64,000 nt of DNA from Candidatus Gottesmanbacteria bacterium (GCA_023245415.1 JAHFKJ010000001.1:32902-96901), one strand, 5' to 3'; positions 47,665-58,658 are shown, numbered from the stretch's first letter. Numbers and translations are program-made. Notes: generated from the sequence alone by a model not told the origin.

Positions 47665-48232
47665 AAAGATACGAATTCCAATGCTGGTGATAAAGGTAAA
47701 ACTCTCCGATTAGTTTTCCATTCAACTTCTGATAAAACAGATTAGCCCGGAGATTTTTTTGGTACACGTTTACAGAAAAACACTTAATACCTTTTTGTTT
47801 AAAATCACGAAACAACTGTTCGATCAATCTATTCCCAACTTCGTTTCTCCGCCATTTTTCACTGACACCAATAAATAATAATTCTGACTCACATTTATGC
47901 GGTTGTCGAGAAGAATAGAATAGAGTATCTAGTAAATTGAATATTATCAAAGGATTTACTATCAGCTTGAATGTTAGCCATAAAACTAACTCTTTGAAAT
48001 TTTTTCTAAGAATTCTTATAGTCATAGTGGAGCTGTCACTTATCCCAATTACAAAGCCAGTCAATTCAGATTTATAAAAAATTCCCCAGGCTGAAATGTC
48101 ATCGAGTTGTAACATGGATTTATAAAGAGAGTATAAAAACTTGTAACCCAGACTCGCCAAAAAATCTTCGGGTAAACATTTTAGATGAAGACGTGCACAA
48201 GATGAAGCGTTTATCGCAGTGAGCTTTTGCAT
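47654..48232 (-). CDS. GNAT-family N-acetyltransferase (possible PseH-type or other aminosugar N-acetyltransferase)
   Basis: 'LLFIGVSEKWRRNEVGNRLIEQLFRDFKQKGIKCFSV' acetyl-CoA binding motif A region. About 190 aa. Last gene of an aminotransferase/epimerase operon. Confidence 0.5.
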   Translation of the reverse strand: MQKLTAINASSCARLHLKCLPEDFLASLGYKFLYSLYKSMLQLDDISAWGIFYKSELTGFVIGISDSSTMTIRILRKNFKELVLWLTFKLIVNPLIIFNLLDTLFYSSRQPHKCESELLFIGVSEKWRRNEVGNRLIEQLFRDFKQKGIKCFSVNVYQKNLRANLFYQKLNGKLIGEFYLYHQHWNSYLFKF

Positions 48233-48233
48233 T

Positions 48234-49331
48234 TTACAAATATGAACATAGTGTACTTGAAATGTAAGAAATTTCCTTGTTTGTTAGTTGGGTATGAGTC
48301 GGCAGGGTAATGCCGGTACGAGAAAGTTTTTCCGATACAGGATACGCATTCTGATTTCTGTACATCGGAAAATGCGAGATTGGATAAAAAACGGGTCGGC
48401 TTTCAATTCCTTTAGCAGATAGTTTTAAAATGATCTGGTTGCGCTTTTGAGCAGTGACATTATTTATTAATAGCGTGAAAAGCCAATTGACGCCTTGTGT
48501 ATCATGAGTGTTGTTGGGAGGAAATATGATATTTTTTTGATACCGCAGTTTTTGCCTATAAAGGGTGTCAATATTTTTCCGTATCTTTAGGAAGGTTTCG
48601 ATTTTTTTAAGCTGAGCAAGACCAATTGCTGCTTGTATATTGGTCATACGGTAATTATACCCGACAACCGGGTGCCAATATTTTTTAAATTTTGACATCC
48701 CGTGGTTTTTTAGGAGTCTGATCTTTTCTGCTAGTTTCAAGTTATTTGTTGTTAACATACCGCCTTCACCGGTGGTAATAATTTTATTGCCGTAAAAAGA
48801 AAAACAACCGATATCTCCGATAGATCCCACGAGTTTCTGATTAACCTGAGCTCCATGCGCTTCGGCAGCATCTTCAATAATGAATAGGTTATATTTTTTT
48901 GCAATTTTTGTAATTCGATTCATTTGCGCTGGAAATCCATATAAGTGGACGGGAATAACTGCTTTAGTTTTTCCCGTAATGGATTTTTCAATTTCTGTTG
49001 GATCAATATTCCAAGTTGCTTCATTTACATCGACGAGAACAGGTTTAGCTCCAATATAAGAAACGGCATTTGCAGTAGAGATAAACGTAAAATTTGGGAC
49101 TATTACTTCGTCATCCGGCTTTATGTTTATAGCCATCAACGCCAGATGCAAAGCCACAGTACCGTTACTGCAACTAATGGCATATTTAACCCCGCACCAC
49201 TTGGCGAAATTTTCTTCAAATTTTGAAATAAACTCTCCAGTTGACGAAATCCACGAACTTTTTAGGCAGGTTACGACATTCTGCAATTCTTCTCTCTTTA
49301 ATTCGGGGTATGCGATTGGGATTCTATTCAT
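48234..49331 (-). CDS. DegT/DnrJ/EryC1-family sugar aminotransferase
   Basis: 'DAAEAHGAQVNQKLVGSIGDIGCFSFYGNKIITTGEGGML' and N-terminal 'SSWISSTGEFISKFEENFAKWCGVKYAIS'. Confidence 0.75.
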   Translation of the reverse strand: MNRIPIAYPELKREELQNVVTCLKSSWISSTGEFISKFEENFAKWCGVKYAISCSNGTVALHLALMAINIKPDDEVIVPNFTFISTANAVSYIGAKPVLVDVNEATWNIDPTEIEKSITGKTKAVIPVHLYGFPAQMNRITKIAKKYNLFIIEDAAEAHGAQVNQKLVGSIGDIGCFSFYGNKIITTGEGGMLTTNNLKLAEKIRLLKNHGMSKFKKYWHPVVGYNYRMTNIQAAIGLAQLKKIETFLKIRKNIDTLYRQKLRYQKNIIFPPNNTHDTQGVNWLFTLLINNVTAQKRNQIILKLSAKGIESRPVFYPISHFPMYRNQNAYPVSEKLSRTGITLPTHTQLTNKEISYISSTLCSYL

Positions 49332-50293
49332 TCTTGTTGTAGTCGGGTTGTTTTATACCAATCGATAAATTGTTTGATTCCTGAGTCAAAATTTATTTTA
49401 GGTTGCCACTTTAACGTTTTATAAGCCTTCGAATTGTTGGCATAGGTAATTATAGCTTCTTCGGAGCGTGATGATTTTATTTGCTTTTTAATGATTTTCC
49501 CGGTGTATTTTTCTATATGCATAATCATATCCTTAAGTTTTATCGGATGAGAATTGCCAATATTGAGTATTTCAAATTGAGATTTTTGATAAAGACATAC
49601 ACACAAAGCGTTCAAAACATCATCTATATAAGTATAGTCTCGAGCAGAATTACCGTCACCAAATTGGTCTATCTTTTTACCGTGAAAAGCCGCTTTTGTG
49701 AAAATGTATGGAGCTAAATCAGGCCGGCTTTTGGGACCGTATACTGAAAAAAGTCTTAATATTATTAAAGGGATCCGATTCGTGTTGTACAGTTCTTGTA
49801 AAACATACTCGCCCTGCTGTTTCGTTTTTGCGTATGGTGACTGTGGAGTCAAAATTTGCTTTTCTTCAAACGGAACCAAAGAGCTGTTTCCATAAACGCT
49901 TGAAGAAGAAGTAAATATAAACTGTTCAACATTCGCATGTTTTGATATTTGGTATATATTTTTCACGCCTACTACATTGTTTTCAAAATACTTTTTAGTT
50001 TGACGTAGAGATTGACGAACTCCGGTGAGAGCAGCTAAATGAAATACTGTTTTAGGCAAATATTTAGAAAAAATGTTCGAAATTTTAGATTTATCTAATA
50101 TGTCAACTTTATGAAAATAGAAATTTGGATATTCAAGTAGTAGATTTATGTTTTCCTGCTTATATTTTTGAGGATAGTTACTTGCGAAGTTATCTATACC
50201 GATTATTGTAAAATTGCGCCTCAATAATTTAGAAGCCAGCGATGAACCTATAAAACCAGCGCATCCTGTAATACAGATAAGTGAGCGTCTCAT
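49328..50293 (-). CDS. NAD-dependent epimerase (SDR), UDP-glucuronate/UDP-GlcNAc 4-epimerase-like
   Basis: 'CITGCAGFIGSSLASKLL', 'FTSSSSVYG', 'YAKTKQQGE', 'RLFSVYGPKSRPDLAPYIF' and 'GDGNSARDYTYIDDV'. Confidence 0.6.
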   Translation of the reverse strand: MRRSLICITGCAGFIGSSLASKLLRRNFTIIGIDNFASNYPQKYKQENINLLLEYPNFYFHKVDILDKSKISNIFSKYLPKTVFHLAALTGVRQSLRQTKKYFENNVVGVKNIYQISKHANVEQFIFTSSSSVYGNSSLVPFEEKQILTPQSPYAKTKQQGEYVLQELYNTNRIPLIILRLFSVYGPKSRPDLAPYIFTKAAFHGKKIDQFGDGNSARDYTYIDDVLNALCVCLYQKSQFEILNIGNSHPIKLKDMIMHIEKYTGKIIKKQIKSSRSEEAIITYANNSKAYKTLKWQPKINFDSGIKQFIDWYKTTRLQQE

Positions 50294-51483
50294 GCGCGAT
50301 AATAGCGAGTTATTTTCAGTACTGATTTAATAACGTCATCTACATCCTGCTTCGTCATTGCCGGTGATAAAGGTAGTGATAAAGTTCTTTCACCGATAAA
50401 TTCACTGTTGGGATAGTCACCGGGTTTAAATCCGAAAGTTGTTTGATAATAGCGGTGTAGGTGTAGAGCCGTGAAATGGATTCCGGTTCCTATACCTTCT
50501 AGACGTAAACCTTCTATGAATTGACTTCGATTAATTTTGAGCTTTTCCAAATTAAGGAGTATCGCGTACAAGTGTCGGGCATGAGTTAAATCTTTCGGAG
50601 TTGGGGCAGGAGTAATAATCTCTGGAAGATCTTTAAATGCTTCATCATACATCTGCCAATACGTATTTCTTACAATTAAATTTTTGGATACATTTTTCAA
50701 TTGATGTAGGCCAAATGAAGCGACTAAATCCATCATGTTGTATTTATAACCAGGATAGAGCGTTTCATAAGGCTGAAAACCGCTGCTTGAATAGCGTTTC
50801 CAGGCATCTTTGGAGATTCCATGCAGACTTCTGGTGCGGGCTTCTTCCGCCCATTGTTGATGATTCGTAGTGAGCATACCGCCTTCACCAGTCATGATAT
50901 TTTTGGTCACATAAAATGAGAATGCAGTAAAGTCAGTGATGGTTCCGATTTTGTTACCTTTGTAAACAGCTTCAGCTGCATGAGCTGCGTCATCTACGGT
51001 AAAGAGGTGATATTCATTGGCGAGTTTTTTAATTCTGTCATATTCACAAGGTCTACCATGAAGATCTACTGTTATTATTCCTTTAGTATTTGACGAAATT
51101 TTTCTCTCAATTTGCAATGGATCGATATTCCAGGTTTCCAGATCTATATCTGCAAATACTGGTTTTGCCCGGTGATGAACTATAACATTTGCAGTTGAGG
51201 GAAAAGTGAGGGGAGTTGTGATGACTTCATCGTTTTCGTGTACACCTAACACGTCCAAAGCTAAATGCAAACCAGCGGTACAAGAATTCAAGGCAATCGC
51301 ATATCGTGCACCGATATATTTTCGAAATTCTTCTTCAAATTGCTTAGTCTTGGGACCGGTACCTAACCAGCCGCTTTTTATGGTTGAGATAACTTCTTTG
51401 ATTTCTTGTACGGTGATTTTCGGTTTTCCAAAGACTAAGAAATTTTTCCTAACTGGTTTTCCACCCTCTAATGCGGGTTTCAT
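50290..51483 (-). CDS. DegT-family sugar aminotransferase, ArnB/WecE-like
   Basis: 'DDAAHAAEAVYKGNKIGTITDFTAFSFYVTKNIMTGEGGML'. C-terminal 'GIGTGIHFTALHLHRYYQTTFGF...LSLPLSPAMT' resembles ArnB. Confidence 0.75.
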   Translation of the reverse strand: MKPALEGGKPVRKNFLVFGKPKITVQEIKEVISTIKSGWLGTGPKTKQFEEEFRKYIGARYAIALNSCTAGLHLALDVLGVHENDEVITTPLTFPSTANVIVHHRAKPVFADIDLETWNIDPLQIERKISSNTKGIITVDLHGRPCEYDRIKKLANEYHLFTVDDAAHAAEAVYKGNKIGTITDFTAFSFYVTKNIMTGEGGMLTTNHQQWAEEARTRSLHGISKDAWKRYSSSGFQPYETLYPGYKYNMMDLVASFGLHQLKNVSKNLIVRNTYWQMYDEAFKDLPEIITPAPTPKDLTHARHLYAILLNLEKLKINRSQFIEGLRLEGIGTGIHFTALHLHRYYQTTFGFKPGDYPNSEFIGERTLSLPLSPAMTKQDVDDVIKSVLKITRYYRA

Positions 51484-51580
51484 AATGGGGTACAGTATAA
51501 CATATTAAACTCATTCGGCTCCTAGGTGTATTGATATAATTATTGTTTTAACTCTTACGGTAATCGAATATAATCAAAAT

Positions 51581-52792
51581 ATGACTATATTTACGCTTTT
51601 GACCGTTACTTATATTTACTGGAAAACATTATTTACATATTTTGCGCAGGATGATTTCTACTTACTTTTAGTAAGTAAAGCCAGGAATATTATTGAAGTT
51701 TTCCAATTTTTCCTGCCAAGAACTGATGCTGTTTGGTATCGACCCTTGTCTTCTCACGTCTTCTTTTTTGTTTCGTATTCATTTTTTGGCTTACAACCGT
51801 TTTTCTACCATATTATAGTATTCGGAACTCATTTAACGGCATGTTGGTTATTAATTTGCTTTGTAAGTGATCAAGCTCATACTCAGAAAGTAGGACTGCT
51901 AGTTGGTTTTATCTATGGAATTTATCAAATTCATACAATATCTCTTTCATGGCTTTCTTCGTACTCTTTCGTTCTTGGACCTTTGTGGCTTATTCTTTTG
52001 ACCAAGTTTTATTTTGAAAAAAAGTATTTTAAATCCAACATAATATTTTTGCTTGGATTATTGACTACGGAAGTATTTATCATTTATATTCCTTTTTTAT
52101 TTTGTTTAGAATTGATTTTTGAAAAACCAATTTATATTGGTCGGATTATTCCTTTTATGCTTACAGGTATTACTGTACTTCTCATGCGTTTCGTCTTTTT
52201 TCCCACTACGATATCTAATTATCAATATGGGTTTAGTTTAAACTTAAGTATTTTATCAAACGTCAAATTTTACTTATTTAGATTAATAGGTATACCCTTG
52301 GCAGTTGAGCAAATGTCTTGGATGGAAAAAATAATTTCCTTAACTTCAACAAGCCTGATAATCTGCATATGTATGTATGGAGGGTTGGTAAATTTTAAAA
52401 ATTCGAGTTTTCGAAATCTAAATAAATTTGTTGTTGTGTGTCTGATGTTAAGTATATTCGGAGTTTTGCCTTTTTTACCATTGACTAATCATGTAGCTCC
52501 GTATTATTTAACATTTACATTAGTAGGATTTGCTCCACTTATGGCTTTATGTTTAATTAAAGCTCAGTCTCGGCTTCCTAGATTAGGGAGATCTATTTAT
52601 TGGGGATTAATTATTGGAATTTTAATTTTAACTAACATTATTGGCATTGAGTATACAATGCGAACGCATTGGATTTTTCGACGCGCAAAAATGGCCCAAG
52701 TTCTGATTTCGCAAAAAAATTTACATCATCCAGTCGGCAGTGAGGAATATTTCACATTAGGGGCAGATGCAGCTGAAAAATTTCTGCGGTAG
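51581..52792 (+). CDS. Polytopic membrane protein (403 aa), possibly GT-C-like or Wzy/ligase-like
   Basis: About 10 or more hydrophobic segments. 'YFAQDDFYLLLVSK' acidic motif after the first TM. Confidence 0.3.
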   Translation: MTIFTLLTVTYIYWKTLFTYFAQDDFYLLLVSKARNIIEVFQFFLPRTDAVWYRPLSSHVFFFVSYSFFGLQPFFYHIIVFGTHLTACWLLICFVSDQAHTQKVGLLVGFIYGIYQIHTISLSWLSSYSFVLGPLWLILLTKFYFEKKYFKSNIIFLLGLLTTEVFIIYIPFLFCLELIFEKPIYIGRIIPFMLTGITVLLMRFVFFPTTISNYQYGFSLNLSILSNVKFYLFRLIGIPLAVEQMSWMEKIISLTSTSLIICICMYGGLVNFKNSSFRNLNKFVVVCLMLSIFGVLPFLPLTNHVAPYYLTFTLVGFAPLMALCLIKAQSRLPRLGRSIYWGLIIGILILTNIIGIEYTMRTHWIFRRAKMAQVLISQKNLHHPVGSEEYFTLGADAAEKFLR

Positions 52793-52797
52793 CTATT

Positions 52798-54369
52798 ATG
52801 AAAAAAATAAAAATCTTTATTATCTTTACACTTTGTGTAAAGCAATTGGTTTGGGCGTCTTATATTCCTCCGTGGCAGTTTCCGGATGAACAGGCTCACT
52901 TTGCACAAGTACAGAATTTCGCACAGCGGGGTTTGACAGCTTTTTCGGGGCCAAATACTTCACAGGAAATCTACGAATCAGAGAAACTTTTAGGAACTGT
53001 CAGAGATGGATTTGGTAATAACAGTTTTACATATCATCCCGAGTACAAATTAGCCTATTCAGATGGAAAAGATGGATTGAATGAAGATTTGATTAGAAAT
53101 TTTCCGCTGAGAATGCAACAAAAGTACGTAATTTTTGAAGCGACTGTTTATCCACCATTTTATTACACTCTTTTAGTTCCATTTTACAATTTAGGTAGAC
53201 AGAGCGATTTACTAACAAGAATTTTTTGGGTTCGCCTGGGAAATATCCCGATTTTTTTAGGAATGATTTTTTTAGCAAATAGAATTGGAAAAGTACTTTT
53301 TAAATCTTCACAGTTGGTATGGACATTGACTTTAATAGTAAGTTTTCATCCCATGTTCTCTTTTGTAAGTGCCGGGACGACAAGTGATAACATATTTACA
53401 CTTCTAGTTACATTAACTCTCTATGTATCACTGCAAACACTACGGAATGGTTTACGGCCCAGATATATTCTGGGGATGATAGTGGTATTAATATTAGGTA
53501 TTTATTCAAAGCCTCAAGGAAGACTTGTAGGACTTATATTTTTATATCCTTTAATTAATAATTTATTAAATAAAAGCCGGAAATTCCAGAAATCAAACTG
53601 GGTAATAATAAGCGTATTATTAGTAGCGATTTTTGGATTTATGATTTCAAATATTTTCTCTGGTAGACAGATGTTGCCAGAAATACCAACACTAAATGAC
53701 TTTATCAATCATGATTCTATTTCTATTCAAAGCCATTTTCTATGGACATTTTGGCATACATATCATGAAATTTTACCGTGGTATTGGGGAGTCTATAGGT
53801 GGCTTAGTTTAACTTATCCCCGGCCTATACACCGGATAATTAATTGGACAGTTCTATTAGCTGGTTTTGGAGTGATGATCACGTTAGGGAAAAGTATAAG
53901 AAATAAACAAACTCTCGTTTTGAGATCAAACTTGTTTTTTTTAATTTATGCGTCTTTAATATATTTTTTGAGCATTACATTTTACGATTTTATTTTTTTC
54001 AAAACTCATGGTTTTTCTTTTGGAGTGCAAGGTAGGTATTTTTTTCCAGTCATTGTTGCGCATATGGCACTTCTTCTTGTTGGTTTCGTCAGCATAGCTG
54101 AGTTATTGAAAATGTTGTTAAGAAATTTAAATATTAAAGTATTAGGCTTGTTTATGATAATTCTGCACGTATACGCGCAGTGGTATGTCGTCAGATCATA
54201 TTATGATGCCTCGTCACTTAAAATATTTTTTAACCAAGCGAGTCAATACAAACCCTACTTTTTAAAAAGTCCTTTTTTGGAATTGATCGCAATTACCTAC
54301 GGGATGTGTTTGTTAATATTAGTATGGTACTATTTGAAACGCGTGCACGAGCCGTATGAAAAAGCGTAG
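52798..54369 (+). CDS. Large polytopic membrane protein, GT-C-like (ArnT/PMT-like)
   Basis: 523 aa. First loop 'PWQFPDEQAHFAQVQNFAQRG'. Followed directly by a DPM1-like GT2. Confidence 0.4.
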   Translation: MKKIKIFIIFTLCVKQLVWASYIPPWQFPDEQAHFAQVQNFAQRGLTAFSGPNTSQEIYESEKLLGTVRDGFGNNSFTYHPEYKLAYSDGKDGLNEDLIRNFPLRMQQKYVIFEATVYPPFYYTLLVPFYNLGRQSDLLTRIFWVRLGNIPIFLGMIFLANRIGKVLFKSSQLVWTLTLIVSFHPMFSFVSAGTTSDNIFTLLVTLTLYVSLQTLRNGLRPRYILGMIVVLILGIYSKPQGRLVGLIFLYPLINNLLNKSRKFQKSNWVIISVLLVAIFGFMISNIFSGRQMLPEIPTLNDFINHDSISIQSHFLWTFWHTYHEILPWYWGVYRWLSLTYPRPIHRIINWTVLLAGFGVMITLGKSIRNKQTLVLRSNLFFLIYASLIYFLSITFYDFIFFKTHGFSFGVQGRYFFPVIVAHMALLLVGFVSIAELLKMLLRNLNIKVLGLFMIILHVYAQWYVVRSYYDASSLKIFFNQASQYKPYFLKSPFLELIAITYGMCLLILVWYYLKRVHEPYEKA

Positions 54370-55081
54370 TTTATCACTTATACTACCGTGTTACAACGAA
54401 GCCGAACATTTTAGAAAAAGTGCCGACTGGATACTTAATGTTTTAGAAAATTGCGGTACACAGTTTGAAATTATTTTTGTTGAGGATTGTAGTAAAGATA
54501 ATACAAAACAAATTATAGAAAATTACTTAAAAAATAAAAAAGATGATAGTTTAAAAGTTTTTTACCACAACGATAATCAAGGTAGAGGAAAAACAGTATG
54601 CGATGGCATACTAAAAGCGAAAGGTGATTATGTGGGATTTATGGATATCGACTGTGAAATTTCGCCTGAGTATATACCCGCTTTCCTAAACCGATTGAAT
54701 GAGGGTTATGCTGTAGTTAACGCGGAAAGATTTTATCCAGTTTCTGCTCAGAGTATCTTAAGAGCTATGGTAAGTAAATTATATAGTTTTTTGGTACGGT
54801 GGATACTGAAAACTAATTTTACTGATACAGAGGCAGGTTTTAAATTCTTTAACCGGAAAATAATCTTACCTCTTGTTCATATGACTCAAGATCCAGGATG
54901 GTTTTGGGATACAGAAATTATGTTATTGTCCCAGCGGCTAGGATTAAAAATTAGTTTTATTTCAGTTTTATTTAAACGGCGCACCGATAAAACCTCAACT
55001 GTAAAACTTTGGTCAGATTCATTTGATTATTTCAAAAAATTACTTGAATTTAAAGTAAAGCTTAAATCAATTAAATCATGA
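54356..55081 (+). CDS. GT2 polyprenyl-phosphate sugar synthase (DPM1-like)
   Basis: 'LSLILPCYNEAEHF...IIFVEDCSKDNT' and 'GFMDIDCEISPEY'. Confidence 0.7.
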   Translation: MKKRSLSLILPCYNEAEHFRKSADWILNVLENCGTQFEIIFVEDCSKDNTKQIIENYLKNKKDDSLKVFYHNDNQGRGKTVCDGILKAKGDYVGFMDIDCEISPEYIPAFLNRLNEGYAVVNAERFYPVSAQSILRAMVSKLYSFLVRWILKTNFTDTEAGFKFFNRKIILPLVHMTQDPGWFWDTEIMLLSQRLGLKISFISVLFKRRTDKTSTVKLWSDSFDYFKKLLEFKVKLKSIKS

Positions 55082-55749
55082 AAAATAACCCGACGATAAA
55101 AAACTATTGGGACAGAAATTCGCCAGCTTTTACCAATCAATATAGGACTATCTTCGGAATGCCGGTGTCTATGGTTGGTATATTTTTACGCTTACGCCAG
55201 AATAAAATTACTAAATTACTGGCAGGATTATCCGGAAAAAATGTTGCGGATATAGGTTGCGGATCCGGGGTGTTTATGGTCGAAGCAGTTAAACAGCAGC
55301 GTTATGTTTATGGAATAGATTACTCTGATCAGATGCTTGATATTGCAAGATTAAAGTTAAAAGCATATTCATCTCATAGGTTTAAATTGATTCGGGCTGA
55401 CGCAGTGTGTTTACCTTTAAAAACAAACGATATTGACATCGTTATCGCAAGTGGACTCACAGATTATTTAACAACTTTAAACCTGGCCAAGTTTTTAGAT
55501 GAAGTTGCAAGAATTCTTAGAATAAAAGGATTTATTATCATAACTTTTCCTAAAAAAGATAGTCTGCTTGCATTTTTGAGAATTGGAGTAGGGCTTAAAC
55601 TGCGAAAAATCTTCCTCAAATTACCGCCGATGGAGAATTCTTATAGAAAACTGGATATTGAGAAAGTATTAAAAGAGAGAGGGTTGCATATTCAAAAACT
55701 TGATGAAGTTTTCGGTACGATGTGGATAGTTTTAGCTCAAAAACTATGA
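55078..55749 (+). CDS. Class I SAM-dependent methyltransferase
   Basis: 'VADIGCGSGVFMVEA' motif I and 'IDIVIASGLTDYL'. ATGA overlaps on both sides. Confidence 0.6.
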   Translation: MKNNPTIKNYWDRNSPAFTNQYRTIFGMPVSMVGIFLRLRQNKITKLLAGLSGKNVADIGCGSGVFMVEAVKQQRYVYGIDYSDQMLDIARLKLKAYSSHRFKLIRADAVCLPLKTNDIDIVIASGLTDYLTTLNLAKFLDEVARILRIKGFIIITFPKKDSLLAFLRIGVGLKLRKIFLKLPPMENSYRKLDIEKVLKERGLHIQKLDEVFGTMWIVLAQKL

Positions 55750-56315
55750 TTCTTTCCCTTCTGCGTCATTTAATGTTGCCGCTTAGGCAAATTAACGACT
55801 TTATTCCCGATAGCGGTTTAAATTATGAACTAGGGTCGGGATATGGAGTCATCAGTACGTATTTAGCTAATTCTCATAGTCAAAGAAGTGTTATCGCAGT
55901 GGATATCGATTCGCAAAAGATCAATCTAGCTCATAAAAAAAACATTAACAAAAATCTTGATTTTGTGGTAGCAGACATACATAAATTTAAACTGGAACTG
56001 TGCCATGGCGTTGTGTTGTCTGACTTTTTACACCATCTTGCCTATGCTACTCATGAGGATGTTATAAAAAAAATTTATTCAAGTTTGGTTAGGGGAGGCG
56101 TATTAGTGATTAAAGAAATCGATGATAATGACGGACTACGTAAATGGTTAAGTCGGTTTTGGGATATGCTACTTTATCCTAAGGACAGGATTTATTACCG
56201 TTCAAAAGCTGAATGGAGTAGTTTACTCAGAAAATACGGATTTACGATATCAATTATGAGAACTGTTTGGTGGTTTCCCGGATCCAGCTACTTATTTATA
56301 TGCAAAAAAAATTAA
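55746..56315 (+). CDS. Class I SAM-dependent methyltransferase. Start chosen at the ATGA overlap; the ORF is open from 55722.
   Basis: 'YELGSGYGVISTYLAN' motif I and 'GGVLVIKE' post-II region. Confidence 0.55.
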   Translation: MILSLLRHLMLPLRQINDFIPDSGLNYELGSGYGVISTYLANSHSQRSVIAVDIDSQKINLAHKKNINKNLDFVVADIHKFKLELCHGVVLSDFLHHLAYATHEDVIKKIYSSLVRGGVLVIKEIDDNDGLRKWLSRFWDMLLYPKDRIYYRSKAEWSSLLRKYGFTISIMRTVWWFPGSSYLFICKKN

Positions 56316-57871
56316 ACAATTGGATTCTTCCATTTATTTTTTTACTAATTATTGCAGTTTTAACTTTTGTGGTGAGAACAATTCGGCTTGAGGAGTTATA
56401 TCATTTTACCTATGACGAAGAAGTTTTTGCGTTTGTCGGAAAACGCATGTTTATAAATCATCATATACCGCTAATCGGGGGTGTAACTCCAATGCACTTC
56501 CACGTTGCACCTTACTTTTATTGGCTGTCGGCAGTTGTACTTTTTATATCAAAGCTTAATCCGGTGGGGTGGGGTATCGCTGCGGCGGTTTTATCGGTTG
56601 TTACGGTTGGTGTTTTATTTTTTGTTTCCAGAAAATTATTTAACACAAAAACTGCCGCGTTGACTGTCGGATTATACTGTCTATCATTTTATCAAAACAT
56701 TTACGATCGACATTATTGGGGACTAAGCTTCGATGGATTAATATCAATCCTGACTATCTATTTTTTATACAAAATGGTAATGGGGGGTAAGAATTATGTA
56801 TTTGTGTTAGCGCTTATCATAGCCTTTGGATTTCACACCGATCTTTCAACTTTAAACTTATTCCTGCTTTCGTTATTTGTAATCGTGGGTATGAAAGTTA
56901 GACTCGCGAAAAAACAAATATTCTTCGCGAGTGCATTATTTGGTATTACCTTTTCGCCGTTAATTCTATTTGATATTAGACATGATTTTTCCAATAGCAG
57001 GGGGATTATTCAGTATTTTAATGAAATAAGTTCTAGTAGAAAAGGAGTTATAAATCAATCAGCAGTTGACAGTGTATTATTCGTTCCCCGGAGTTTGGTT
57101 CGCAGTTTGTATGTATTTGGCAATACAGATTTAGCCAGACAATATTCTTATTGTCCAGTTCATGCTCTAGGTAGGCTTCAAGATGTGCCCAATTTATTTG
57201 CGCTACTAGTCACTGCAATAATTGCATATTTCTTTTTTATACATCGAAGATCTTATACACAGATTCAGATGAAACTTATAATTGCATTGTTTGCTTTAAC
57301 TTATATGGGCCTTTCTATTTATGGGGTAATATTAAAAGGCGATCTTTTCGACCATTATTTAGGTACGTTATATCCGATATTTTATTTGATTGTATCTAGT
57401 GTTTTAATAAACTTTTTTCAAAAAAAACAAATTATTATTGTACTTTTGGTGACAGTTTATACTGTATTTAATCTCCAACTTTTAAGTAAAGTTCAAAATC
57501 GTTTTGGATACAGTTTAAAGCAAGAGGCAGTTAGATGGGTGATTGCAGAAACTGGAGCTGAGCCTTTTTCATTGGATGTGATTAGTAGTTGTTTTCGCTA
57601 TAACGGTTATCGCTACTTATTTTATCTTTATGGTAAAGAACCGGCAAAAAGCTATGTAGATGCAAATTTTACCTACTTATATGACATTCCCCCGGTCGAA
57701 AAACATCCCAAAACGCTCGTGGTTATCACAAATCCAGATTATACAGAAACCAAGGAATATTTTTATGAGTACGAAAAATATGTACGCAAACTGGTTAAGA
57801 AAAAAAACTTTGGTAATATTGAAATACTCATAATAGATAATAGTAATTTAGATTTTGTGGGGAAATTTTAA
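56267..57871 (+). CDS. Large polytopic membrane protein, GT-C-like. The real start is probably near 56300 (MQKKLNNW).
   Basis: 534 aa. First loop 'YHFTYDEEVFAFVGKRM'. C-terminal soluble domain. Confidence 0.4.
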   Translation: MVVSRIQLLIYMQKKLNNWILPFIFLLIIAVLTFVVRTIRLEELYHFTYDEEVFAFVGKRMFINHHIPLIGGVTPMHFHVAPYFYWLSAVVLFISKLNPVGWGIAAAVLSVVTVGVLFFVSRKLFNTKTAALTVGLYCLSFYQNIYDRHYWGLSFDGLISILTIYFLYKMVMGGKNYVFVLALIIAFGFHTDLSTLNLFLLSLFVIVGMKVRLAKKQIFFASALFGITFSPLILFDIRHDFSNSRGIIQYFNEISSSRKGVINQSAVDSVLFVPRSLVRSLYVFGNTDLARQYSYCPVHALGRLQDVPNLFALLVTAIIAYFFFIHRRSYTQIQMKLIIALFALTYMGLSIYGVILKGDLFDHYLGTLYPIFYLIVSSVLINFFQKKQIIIVLLVTVYTVFNLQLLSKVQNRFGYSLKQEAVRWVIAETGAEPFSLDVISSCFRYNGYRYLFYLYGKEPAKSYVDANFTYLYDIPPVEKHPKTLVVITNPDYTETKEYFYEYEKYVRKLVKKKNFGNIEILIIDNSNLDFVGKF

Positions 57872-58656
57872 TGAATACGCCAATTACTGTACATATGATC
57901 GTAAAAAACGAAGAGCAGTGGGTTTGGTATTCGATAATGTCGGTATTACATTTTGTCCAAAAGATCGTAATCTTCGATACAGGATCTACAGATAATACTA
58001 TCTCAATTATAAACAAGATTGATTCAGACAAAATCGAGCTTGAAACTTTTCCGGACATATCTGGGCAAGATTTGGTATCGATTCGAAATGAACAAATTGA
58101 TAAAACCCTAACCGATTGGTTTATGTTATTGGATGGAGATGAAGTTTGGCCAATAACGGCAATGCAAGATTTCTTAGCTGTTGTTACTGATTCAAATTCA
58201 CAATTTGATGCAATTGCACTACCTGTGATCATTCCGGTTGGAAACCTATTTCACGCACAACCCGAGTCCGCAGGCCGTTATGAGATTCAAGGAAATTACG
58301 GGCATTTCAATATCCGCGGGTATCGAAAAAGTAGTCAATATAAGTGGATGGGAGTATTTCCATTGGAGGCTTACACTGATAAAGTTGGTCGTACTATACA
58401 AAGCAAAAATAAGCGCATACATCTGTTAAAACGTAGTTATTGGCATATGACACATATGCGACGTTCAAAAATTGATACGCATAATAAATTTAAGCTCGAA
58501 ATTGGAGAACATATATTTACTCCTTTGCCTGAAGTATTTTTTCTCACGCGGCCGGTAATGGTTCCAACTCCCTGGATAACATATTCAGCCTATGATCTAG
58601 TTTGTGCTCAAATTCGAACGCCAATCGTTAAAATAAAACGGATATTAGGGCTATAA
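57871..58656 (+). CDS. GT2-like (GT-A) glycosyltransferase
   Basis: 'ITVHMIVKNEEQWV...IVIFDTGSTDNT' and the 'LLDGDEVW' DxD-type motif. Confidence 0.4.
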   Translation: MNTPITVHMIVKNEEQWVWYSIMSVLHFVQKIVIFDTGSTDNTISIINKIDSDKIELETFPDISGQDLVSIRNEQIDKTLTDWFMLLDGDEVWPITAMQDFLAVVTDSNSQFDAIALPVIIPVGNLFHAQPESAGRYEIQGNYGHFNIRGYRKSSQYKWMGVFPLEAYTDKVGRTIQSKNKRIHLLKRSYWHMTHMRRSKIDTHNKFKLEIGEHIFTPLPEVFFLTRPVMVPTPWITYSAYDLVCAQIRTPIVKIKRILGL

Positions 58657-58658
58657 TT